DNA of 64,000 nucleotides, taken from positions 32,001 to 96,000 of IMG/VR virus record IMGVR_UViG_3300025096_002712; one strand, given 5' to 3'. Below are positions 13,301 through 19,235 of the stretch, one piece after another. The position numbers were made by a program, and so were the translations under genes. Position 1 is the stretch's first letter; the number at the start of each line of letters is the position of its first letter. Source of the stretch: a virus. The notes below the pieces were generated by a model that did not search any database, had not been told where the DNA came from, and saw only the letters and a list, made by a program, of their open reading frames with translations.

Positions 13301-14468
13301 TTCAGGTGATTTATTAGTTGGCGATAGTGGTGGTAATAAGATTCAATATGATGCATCTGTAGGTTCTATTAATATGAAGTCTCGTACTTTTAATTTAGAT
13401 GCAACAACAATAGTTGTGGATTCTGCTACAAATAATGGTAAAATGGCACTTGGTGGTACACCACCAACTTCTGTTGCATCAACAGTTACTGGAAGTTATC
13501 TTGATGGGTTTGGAAATGTTTTATTTAGACAGAGTGCAGATGATTATTTAAAATTTACCAATAGAAAGTTGGATATGCATGCTAAAAGCTTTTTCTTGGG
13601 TGGAGCATCACAATATGTAAGTGGAAGTGGTGGAAACTTAAAAATATATAGTACTGGAGATACAACACTTAGTGGAAGTTCTGTTACGGTAGAAACACCT
13701 AAGTTTTTCTTAGGTAAACAAGGTTCTCAATATGTAAGTGGAAGTAACAATCTTCTTGAGATAAGCTCATCTAAGTTTCATTTGAAAAATGATGGTAGTG
13801 TTACAATGACTGGTAATGTTACTGCTACTACTGGAGAAATTGGTGGTTATGTAATAAGTAGTACAGCTATGTCTGCTTCATCAGGTGGTGTTATTATTAC
13901 AACAAATGCAAATGCTGACATTTATCAAGGTGGTGGAGCCTATCTCGACAATGTACCATATATGTATGCAGAAAATGCTATATTTGGTGATTGGGATAAC
14001 TACTTTAGAGTTTTTGATGGTAGAATGTACGCAGGTAAAGGAATACAAACTCAGGGAATTTGGTTAGATGCAAATGATACGACCTTAAAATTAGGTGCTG
14101 ATAATCCAAAACTCATGACATACACATCTAAAACTGGAATATTCTTATCGGGATCTGGACATTTTAGAGTTGGTTCACCTACTGGTTCAAGGGTATCATT
14201 TGACACTACAAACCTTATAATAAGTACCAGTAATTTTGATGTTATAGGTGGTGCAGTAACCGCAAGCGCTGGTTCAATTGCAGACTGGACAATTACGACA
14301 TCAAGTTTGGAATCAAACACGGATGACCTTAGAGGACTTAAACTGAAACCAGGGGATAGAGTAGTTGGATACGGGCCCACGGCACATACAAAACAGACTA
14401 TATCTGGTTCGTTTAGTTTTGGAGTTTTACCAACACCTCCAGGTGAAGGTGGCGGAATAGCTTGGTAA
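4341..14468 (+). CDS. Giant Ser/Gly/Thr-rich repetitive virion structural protein (tail fibre/baseplate-associated), 3375 aa
   Basis: TTG start after GGAG; many G-x-I-G-G-W-x-I and ISGS/ISSS beta-repeats typical of phage fibres; GWRI..GEAEFEKVTIRGTL tail-protein segment; adjacent to S74 tail genes. Confidence 0.8.
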   Translation: MAVPKRINPLIGLKDLDVYVEDTEFDSAYFRVLECPSVLTQGKSSFLVGGSNFLKPGVDVKFEIVHDITNEVIYTEAVRGHLEGDLRRVSIEVYEDIIPGPATLYIVGELNPQTIDVEIPISWQNIYNVRWTKNVTINAAGINTQPIYFYKQPSINVSEIFRGYLVSDPPPTVTTYLTGSGDPRQGLSSIAPVQNVTSNGQQTTATYPEKDFADKANLAKIEENKPINKLTGKQGHIGKQGKLLQKSSPSPDDYLISVSSISPVSSSYIGHTFTINNPQVDSSKFQLDSYHTVPTVYTASVMKIIDETTFVPSSVFYINDTRTTPSTLVPAPLGNQYITASYQNLPNQNISANNFFSFADVELSDLRTFSGDVHKVKVYAKSEGSLGDFEKIYDSPIESSEILLDSSDLTLLGNMGYIQDLSRLNSYWEIYQGSDGNGGSGTLSYSSAYIVDSMKISGSNTQYDDVLRVQLKKDVSFVAGNTYTFRASLYGIKDSVQTINGTTINDGKFEIYVSGSAFNKDTTEGSQWGIKKLSVPDFPDGVGSYNFGTVEGDFIADNTGTGRIQFKVPSGQWYVSDVSVKASADTAFNPEYVRVVAPMPQLYARPDQVRFLVEFYDVNNNIADSVIFSDYFTFQGENVSIGGTDNILSGSMFISNATGSGIEMAGIGSGFIRSMGYKGFTSASSYPTSGSGFMMWSGSVLSDITSDYTQGGVGLELVGHSGSYFKFKTNPSELDIRTDKFFIGQESIQYMSGSDRNIEISSSLFWLDPKNDRLIIGADATINADLSVNNIFAPAGTNILTAKAAITSQGFAKFVSASIGAFKLNNDSLFSGPHNKPNFYISGSATGTDYFISSSNFQVRASGEVSASSLKLSGGDVGGLTVTEGQVAVGEILKLKDSGDITGSAVLLGDKSISQYLQYKNNSLVVRGDITVDSITTPATIGGAASTPANASASIDSSGNAIFKSGSIAGWKIIGNLLSGSNATLDADGAALYMSTKGPDTDSAAAFDQLRDEYYIDFTPADQGNTTNYYVKFGPNFMVDSDGILIASGAKFEGTITASAGSIGGASIESASLAYSPYWRISSSAATDDPVSFISSSQFKVSADGRITASAANIEGKITATSGKIANWDIIGDTLSSVNVSNKGILLDADASTPIIEIREDDNNRLQLYHTTSTNWGIIGRAGGTNLFRLGSTNQIAGWAISGSYISKAISGSVAHQDYTRVYMSSVNDNAKNITEGFSLYRKDEDTDNGATKIVRLGGLSDTTDLHANDDYGLQVIRQDTAGNYSNLLYIGSGSQTISGWNISTTGFTNTGIELSSTQASMSLGTNRAIILKGGTANPYISIGQSTIAYGEDGLLLAYIGTDPVVSFVGSGGYLKFNGSTIDIQTDTLKASGSNIILEAPRFFLGGQSQYVSGSNGNIEISSSNFHLTNAGDVTMAGTVTATAGEIGGFSISSDAIYSGTNFYLSGSSSGNNYFLSSSNFNIKASGDITGSQVLFSGGKVAGWDLSSTRITSPDGDMRLTSGNPKITIGTHTIGNGPGIQLGYDSGNTLTFFAGQSGTDYIKYTAGTGVDIKTAVFKLDTDNLDINSANGGSVALGTTPNTSISGTNKGIFMSGSGDFLLYGSATNYFKFDATATAIDIKSDTFDLATTTMILDSGVNSGKIALGNTPPTSVAYTANSGVYMDGTGDFLVRGDASNYIKMYSNTIDIKSEVFDLDAGTLLLSSATNGGKIALGGTPPTAYNSGVGVYLDGTGKALIGNSTGSMVQFDGATLIMSASKFYLGGSSQYVSGSNGNIEISSSNFYLDNSGNVTMAGTITATAGAIGGSTITSDALAYSPYWRISASNATSDPVSFISSSAFKVSAGGNITGSSVNFTGGKIAGFTIATTGITSTGIGVHPTGQTYAFTAGGSNEFNVKHSGQITGSNVKFTGGQIGGWEIDSDEIKSSVVTMSSATQRIEVSDGSGNTRVRIGEVDTTAASKYGLVIFDGSGTAYSDEIVHLGDARNQIASWSLSTSQISSNNLILDSSGIIQTSDFASGVKGWRITSANNGEAEFEKVTIRGTLATTVFEKESVSAVGGQLYVANSTIISQSTQLAASDTTMSVANVGGFTGSYNNNNGEVISIKKVTDTGFTTEYVLIQSASRDNPSSDKDLRGKLYVVRGYSGSTPADSSSLGDAAQSAQTYENGQVIVSTGRVNTGYIRLNANPNDTTTPYIDIVERTGSAIYDVSLKARLGDLSGLSSGLLYGNTSPGFGLFTENVFLQGAITATTGSFTGIVHIRTDASNQIKMGTNVNGNADGFSLNNNNFWYTTGDFRVGGASSNYFYISGSTIDIKTDTLVASGSSIQLKTPNFYFGDSSNYISGSGGKVAIVNTGTTTISGSAVNIQTPKFYFGNSQNFISGSNDNIKIQSYGTTTLSGSEVTIETPSFFFGKKSTQFVSGSNGYVEISSSKFHIQADGDVIANNITASNISMSGVVNASEGGIGGWVIGSNKIYTGTNETVSGYTSANGRLILSSSGAIHAKGFYVTKGGNASFSGSISSSEGNIAGWTIDADEIKSPGSTVVLDSDSSNGQIKLGSATALNTGDGIYMDGGGNFRAGDANGKRIQWDGTNITVSASDFFFGDNSNYISGSGGNLAIQNTGTTTISGSAVNIQTPKFFMGGSSQYVSGSNGNIEISSSNFHLSSSGDVTMAGTITATEGAIGGSTITSDALAYSPYWRISSSADTSDPVSFISSSAFKVSAGGNITGSSVLFDGGKVGGWTITENQLEANNIKINAASGYIEAGELSNVNDIDDTSVGFFANKDGEVLIKAGTSANKNYMQFKNGTLDINSDKVHISGSQITLKTPDFYFGDSSNYISGSGGNLAIVNTGTTTISGSAVTIETPRFFLGQKSTQYISGSLGNVEISSSKFHLQADGDVIANNITASNISMSGVVNSSAGTIGGWKILPGVLKSPGENVILSASNGGYISLGATPPITASSGVGIFLSGSGDLLVGDSGGNKIQYDASVGSINMKSRTFNLDATTIVVDSATNNGKMALGGTPPTSVASTVTGSYLDGFGNVLFRQSADDYLKFTNRKLDMHAKSFFLGGASQYVSGSGGNLKIYSTGDTTLSGSSVTVETPKFFLGKQGSQYVSGSNNLLEISSSKFHLKNDGSVTMTGNVTATTGEIGGYVISSTAMSASSGGVIITTNANADIYQGGGAYLDNVPYMYAENAIFGDWDNYFRVFDGRMYAGKGIQTQGIWLDANDTTLKLGADNPKLMTYTSKTGIFLSGSGHFRVGSPTGSRVSFDTTNLIISTSNFDVIGGAVTASAGSIADWTITTSSLESNTDDLRGLKLKPGDRVVGYGPTAHTKQTISGSFSFGVLPTPPGEGGGIAW
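9683..12580 (+). repeat. Near-identical ~267-nt direct repeat within the giant gene (9683-9949 and 12314-12580; partial copies near 7561 and 8570)
   Basis: Shared runs such as cttattcaccatattggagaatatca and tatcatcaagtgcatttaaagtatcggctggtggtaatataactggttc at a constant offset of 2631 nt. Confidence 0.9.
11391..13142 (+). repeat. Second repeat family in the giant gene (FYFGDSSNYISGSGG..NTGTTTISGSAV..TP near 11391, 12190 and 12879; QADGDVIANNITASNISMSGVVN near 11700 and 13075)
   Basis: Direct reading of protein and DNA, e.g. gcagatggtgatgtcatagcaaataatataac occurs twice. Confidence 0.85.
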
Positions 14469-14512
14469 CATAATGAAAAAATTATTAATATATATAATAA
14501 AGGAGTTTTAAA

Positions 14513-15898
14513 ATGGCACAAATTTTACCATTTAAATTAAATATTGAAACCGTAAAAGGCCATACAATATCATATGCAACATCATCATTTGCAAAAACAG
14601 ATGAGGCCGGCCTTAGTGGATCTGTTATTTTAAGTAGAATAGATTCTATGCCTTCTATATCTTATAGTTCAAACGAAGTAATAGGAGGTGCAGCCTCACC
14701 GGCACACACTTTTTCACATGCAAATAATATTTGGATTTCTGCTTCAATGAATAGTACACATCACGGGTCAGGTTCAATTACATTTCATCATACAGATTCA
14801 TCGGATGTGAATGATAGATTAAAAAGATATAGATTTTTTGGTGATAAAGTATGTGCTGTTCTTGGATTACCTTCACGTCATTGGATATATCCAGTCAATT
14901 TTCAATTGTCCGATGCAACTGGTGTAGCAAATTATTTTGCTGGGGATGTATCTGCAGACTCTTTGAATGTTGCAAATAGTTTTAATATGTCACCGCTAGC
15001 CTCATCTACATCACATGTCAGACTTAATGCTACATCAGGAAGTAATGATGTGTTTTTCTTAGTTTCAAGTGGATCAGGTGCCTTTCAAAAAAATATGATA
15101 CAGATTGGGTATAATACAGATGATGATAAGTTTGTTATACGAGGTGGAACTGGAGAAAGTAGTCAAGGGGCTTATATTGATGATTTCATAAGTGTAACAT
15201 CTAATTATGTCGATTCGTGGTATTTCAGACAAAAAGCAGTTACTGATTCTTATATAAAGCTTTATAGTGATAGTTTCACCTATAAATCAGAAGGTGAGGA
15301 TTGTGTATATTTTGAGAAAATATCATCTAGCCCTCCAAGACGGAGATATAGGTTTGGTAATCCAGGCGTCAATGGTGTTCCTTCTGAAGTAGGCATTGAA
15401 TCAGATTTCATTTTTTCTGCATCAGGATCTGCTAATGGTATGAATTATACAATTTGTGCTAAAGGTGAAAAAGATGAGGGTTTTGTTGGAATACGAGAAC
15501 AGAGTCCGTCTTATCCACTTGAAGTTTCCGAGCACGTTTCAAATATATCTATATACGCAGAATATGATGTAGCAGCTTATTCGGATATTAGAGTTAAAAC
15601 GGATATAGAAACTATTACTGAACCATTAGATAAAGTATTAAAATTAAGAGGTGTTACTTTTAGAAGAACTGATGATAGTGCAAGTGATAGAGTAATGATG
15701 GGATTAATTGCACAAGAAACCGAACCTATTGTACCTGAAGTTGTTGTTACAAATGAAAATCCTGAAAGTGGTAAACGATATGGACATAAATCAATTTCAT
15801 ATGGAAACCTTGTAGGATTATTAATAGAGGCAGTAAAAGAACAACAAGAACAAATAGAAGAATTAAAACAACAAGTAAAGGAGATAAAAGATGGTTAA
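14513..15898 (+). CDS. Tail fibre/spike protein with C-terminal intramolecular chaperone (peptidase S74-like)
   Basis: YSDIRVKTDI cleavage motif, LRGVTF, GLIAQE, ISYGNLVGLLIEAVKEQ plus terminal coiled coil; AAGGAG SD. Confidence 0.88.
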   Translation: MAQILPFKLNIETVKGHTISYATSSFAKTDEAGLSGSVILSRIDSMPSISYSSNEVIGGAASPAHTFSHANNIWISASMNSTHHGSGSITFHHTDSSDVNDRLKRYRFFGDKVCAVLGLPSRHWIYPVNFQLSDATGVANYFAGDVSADSLNVANSFNMSPLASSTSHVRLNATSGSNDVFFLVSSGSGAFQKNMIQIGYNTDDDKFVIRGGTGESSQGAYIDDFISVTSNYVDSWYFRQKAVTDSYIKLYSDSFTYKSEGEDCVYFEKISSSPPRRRYRFGNPGVNGVPSEVGIESDFIFSASGSANGMNYTICAKGEKDEGFVGIREQSPSYPLEVSEHVSNISIYAEYDVAAYSDIRVKTDIETITEPLDKVLKLRGVTFRRTDDSASDRVMMGLIAQETEPIVPEVVVTNENPESGKRYGHKSISYGNLVGLLIEAVKEQQEQIEELKQQVKEIKDG

Positions 15899-16181
15899 AT
15901 GGGGTGGTAAAGAAAATACAATAATACCAAAATGTGTATGTCCAACAAGTGGAGTAATATATTTGTCTGAAATAAGACAAGAACTTGAATCAACGAGTAA
16001 TTCAAATGATTATGGTAATGGGCCATGGACTACTAATACGACAACATTAAAAAATTGTAATCTCTTCGTGTATGATAGTAGAAATACTAATTCAGATGAT
16101 TATCCAAATAGTTCAGAACCACATAAGATGACAGAGTGGTATAGTTATCATCATAACGCAACAAGTGGTATGGGGATGTAA
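15891..16181 (+). CDS. Small putative fibre-tip/cap protein, 96 aa
   Basis: PTSGVIYLSEIRQE...KMTEWYSY pattern of small proteins that follow S74 fibres; overlaps the fibre stop. Confidence 0.55.
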   Translation: MVKWGGKENTIIPKCVCPTSGVIYLSEIRQELESTSNSNDYGNGPWTTNTTTLKNCNLFVYDSRNTNSDDYPNSSEPHKMTEWYSYHHNATSGMGM

Positions 16182-16594
16182 TGAATAAATTATTTCATAA
16201 TAATAAAATTGAAGTTAGGGATTCATCTATACATGGACGAGGAGTTTTTGCAAAAGAAGATATTAAAAGTGGTGAAATCTTAGAAGAATGTCATTATATT
16301 GTGGTAGATGATGGTAATTCACACGATATGCCACTTTATAAATGGCGTCGTTTAACAGATAGTAATATACAAATTGATGAACGGAAATTTCAATGGCCTA
16401 AAGGTGAAGATTTTGAAAAATATACAATACCATTTGGATTTGGTACTATATACAATAGTGTATTAAACGAAGAAGAAAGAAGTGTTAATTGGGAAAATGA
16501 TTTAGATAGAGATATTTATAGATTTTTTACAGTTAAAGATGTAAAAAAAGATGAAGAACTTTTATTATATTATCATAATGGCAAATTTAAATAA
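16181..16594 (+). CDS. SET-domain protein (putative lysine methyltransferase)
   Basis: SSIHGRGVFAKEDIKSGE, GTIYNS (NHS-like) and KDVKKDEELLLYY (ELxxDY-like); TAATG coupling. Confidence 0.8.
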   Translation: MNKLFHNNKIEVRDSSIHGRGVFAKEDIKSGEILEECHYIVVDDGNSHDMPLYKWRRLTDSNIQIDERKFQWPKGEDFEKYTIPFGFGTIYNSVLNEEERSVNWENDLDRDIYRFFTVKDVKKDEELLLYYHNGKFK

Positions 16595-16609
16595 AAAGGG
16601 TAAATAGAA

Positions 16610-17053
16610 ATGGCTTTTACAGATAGAGGAGCATATTTAGATACATCGGAAAGGGTTCACATAGGTGGAACTGGTGATCCTTCTGTATCGTTGAAAGTAA
16701 CAGGTGAAGTATATGTTACAAACAATATTACTGCCTATTATTCATCAGACATAAGTTTGAAAGATAATATCAGACCGATAGAAAGTGCCATTTTTAAGGT
16801 CAAACAAATCAGAGGTGTTACCTTTGATTGGAATAAAAAATCAGGAAAAATTGAACAAGAAAAAGGTCATGATGTAGGTTTAATTGCACAAGAAGTTGAA
16901 AAGGTTTTACCAGAAGTTATTCAGATTCGTGAAGATGGAATCAAGGCAATTGCATATGAAAAGGTTGTACCACTATTAGTAGAAGCCATTAAAGAACAAC
17001 AAACTCTTATTGAGGATTTATCAAATAGAATAAAGACATTAGAGGAAAGATAA
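16610..17053 (+). CDS. Near stand-alone S74 intramolecular chaperone protein with a ~45-aa N-terminal part
   Basis: YSSDISLKDNI, IRGVTFDW, VGLIAQEVEKVLPE, AYEKVVPLLVEAIKEQ. Confidence 0.88.
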   Translation: MAFTDRGAYLDTSERVHIGGTGDPSVSLKVTGEVYVTNNITAYYSSDISLKDNIRPIESAIFKVKQIRGVTFDWNKKSGKIEQEKGHDVGLIAQEVEKVLPEVIQIREDGIKAIAYEKVVPLLVEAIKEQQTLIEDLSNRIKTLEER

Positions 17054-18135
17054 TGGCACTACAAAGTGGATTTAAAATATTAGGTCTAAATATTATAGAT
17101 AGTGGTGGTGGTTATGGAACATCAAAAACTGGTAGTTTGAGAGCTAGAGATCCAGGTCAAGGAAATGGATTTTTAGGAAATTATTATTCTACGGGTGGTA
17201 AAATAGTTTCTGCTTCAATATCAAATAAAGGTAAAAGTTATTCAAGTGGCTCTTGGGTACAACCGAACACGGCGATTAAAGGTGCAGTTACTTCTATTTC
17301 AATTGGAACATATGCAGATCCAGCTACAGGATCTGGTTCAATAATATTACCAAACATTGGTATGGATATATCTATGAGTATATCTGATATCAATAGAGAA
17401 AAGGGAATAGCAGCCACTACTGCAAATTCAGACATTCACGATTTATATGAAGATTTTTCATCAATAGCAGGTTCAGTTCATAGTGGTTTAGAGGGAAAAC
17501 CAAATTTCGATTGGTGGCAAGGAGGTCCAGTTTCACAGTCAGCATCCCATCCTATAAGATTTGATGAATTTTATAATGCAAATTATTCAATGTATGGTGG
17601 TGCAGGTTGTCTTGCAATAGGAACACCGATAACAATGGCAGATGGTTCTACTAAAAATGTAGAGGATGTAAATGTAGGGGATATGGTAAGGGCAGCAACA
17701 GTAAAAGGTATGCCATTAGATTTTGATGATGAAGATACTTGGTCTATTTGGACTGGTGTACCACACGGAAATCCACCTGGTTCAGTATGGGCTACCGCAT
17801 ATTATGATATACAAGAGATAAATCGAGTTACACCAGCAAGTGCGTCAGTTCAAGAGATTTATTTTGATTTTTATGATAATTATTATCTGATAAATGGTTC
17901 TTTAAAGGCAACATATGAACATCCATTTTTTGTATTAAGAGATGGTAGTTATCATTTTAAAACAACAGCCAGTTTGTTACCTGGTGATAAGTTATTCAAA
18001 GATAATAACGAGTTTGAAGAAATAACATCACTTGAATTTGTACAAGAATCAATAGAAACAGTTAATCTTAATGTAGAAAATTTAGATGTTTATTTCGGTG
18101 GTGGTTATTTAATGCACAATGTTCATTCTAAATAG
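17053..18135 (+). CDS. Putative virion protein with C-terminal Hint (bacterial intein-like) domain at 17608-18120
   Basis: CLAIGTPITMADG block A, ATYEHPF block B, terminal YLMHN followed by VHSK*. Confidence 0.85.
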   Translation: MALQSGFKILGLNIIDSGGGYGTSKTGSLRARDPGQGNGFLGNYYSTGGKIVSASISNKGKSYSSGSWVQPNTAIKGAVTSISIGTYADPATGSGSIILPNIGMDISMSISDINREKGIAATTANSDIHDLYEDFSSIAGSVHSGLEGKPNFDWWQGGPVSQSASHPIRFDEFYNANYSMYGGAGCLAIGTPITMADGSTKNVEDVNVGDMVRAATVKGMPLDFDDEDTWSIWTGVPHGNPPGSVWATAYYDIQEINRVTPASASVQEIYFDFYDNYYLINGSLKATYEHPFFVLRDGSYHFKTTASLLPGDKLFKDNNEFEEITSLEFVQESIETVNLNVENLDVYFGGGYLMHNVHSK

Positions 18136-18143
18136 GAGTTATA

Positions 18144-19154
18144 ATGAGTTATGATGTTTATTACTCTACTGGAGGTGGTTCAGTAGTTTATGGTGGAGCA
18201 GATATTTGGGTTAATAATTGGTTACGAGAAGTAGCCCCTAAATTAAATCATCCATCTAAATTACTAATTCATCGCCGTAGACCTGAAAAAGTAAAGGTAG
18301 AATTTGATTCACCAATAGAAGTTGTATGGCAAGGTGATCACCCAAAAGATTTCGAAGAAATAGCCTCGAAGGCTCGTAAGATTCATGTATTACACGGATA
18401 TTATACACCACATAGGATAATAGAAAGTAATAAAGATAAATTAGAATCAGTATGTATTCATGTATCAGTAGATTTATCGTTAAAGGCAGGATTTCAATTA
18501 GGATTACCGAAGTTAATGCATTATGCAGCAAACGCATCTTGGGAAAAGAGAGTTTCAAAATGGGCAAAGAAGGTAGTGTGGATTGGGTTAGATAAGATTC
18601 CATTACATGATGAAGTAGGTATAATTGATTTACCAAATTATTACGAGTTTACACAAAATAAAAAAGTATGTATGAGTAATAAAGTTGGATTTGCAGCAAG
18701 ATGTGAAACTCGTAAATCACCACATTTCTTAGATGGTATTGATAGTTATTCTTTTACCGATCCAGAAGATTGGAGATGGTGGAAATTAAATCTTGGGTTA
18801 GAGTTTAAAAATACTCGGTTATATCAATTTAAAAATAAAAATATTCATTGGTTTTTTAATAGAGAGGATTGGGGAATATCACATAGCTGTCATCTACATG
18901 AACCATTCGGTTATTCTATATTTCAAGCATTAGATTATGGAAAGTTACCTATATTACAAAAAGATTGGCTGTCAAACTATGATTATCCATTCAGAGCTTT
19001 CAATAAGAAAGAGTTTGATGAACAATTACATAATATATCAGAGTTATCAGAGAAAGAAAGACAAGATTATTTGGATGGACTGAGAGATTATTGTAGGAAG
19101 TATGATAATAAGGATGAATGGGTAGAGAAATATTTGGAAATATACAACGCATGA
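18144..19154 (+). CDS. GT-B fold (GT4-like) glycosyltransferase
   Basis: N-term YGGADIWV; VGFAARCETRK; HEPFGYSIFQALDYGKLPI resembling the E-x7-E motif with the second E replaced by Q. Confidence 0.65.
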   Translation: MSYDVYYSTGGGSVVYGGADIWVNNWLREVAPKLNHPSKLLIHRRRPEKVKVEFDSPIEVVWQGDHPKDFEEIASKARKIHVLHGYYTPHRIIESNKDKLESVCIHVSVDLSLKAGFQLGLPKLMHYAANASWEKRVSKWAKKVVWIGLDKIPLHDEVGIIDLPNYYEFTQNKKVCMSNKVGFAARCETRKSPHFLDGIDSYSFTDPEDWRWWKLNLGLEFKNTRLYQFKNKNIHWFFNREDWGISHSCHLHEPFGYSIFQALDYGKLPILQKDWLSNYDYPFRAFNKKEFDEQLHNISELSEKERQDYLDGLRDYCRKYDNKDEWVEKYLEIYNA

Positions 19155-19180
19155 TATTTATTAATAACACACAACACGGC

Positions 19181-19224
19181 ACGCGTATTAGACGAGAATC
19201 GTCTTTTTCATGCGTATTTTTTTT
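19181..19224 (+). terminator. Hairpin plus T8 (terminator or attenuator) immediately upstream of the second Hint gene
   Basis: ACGCGT..AGACGA-gaa-TCGTCT..ATGCGT nested stems, then A and TTTTTTTT, then GGAG SD. Confidence 0.6.
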
Positions 19225-19235
19225 GGAGAACTTTT

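Noticed and set aside
14473-14511. 12-codon ORF MKKLLIYIIKEF between the giant gene and the fibre gene
   Set aside because: Very short, no SD of its own, and it overlaps the SD and AT-rich motif of the next gene; likely chance.
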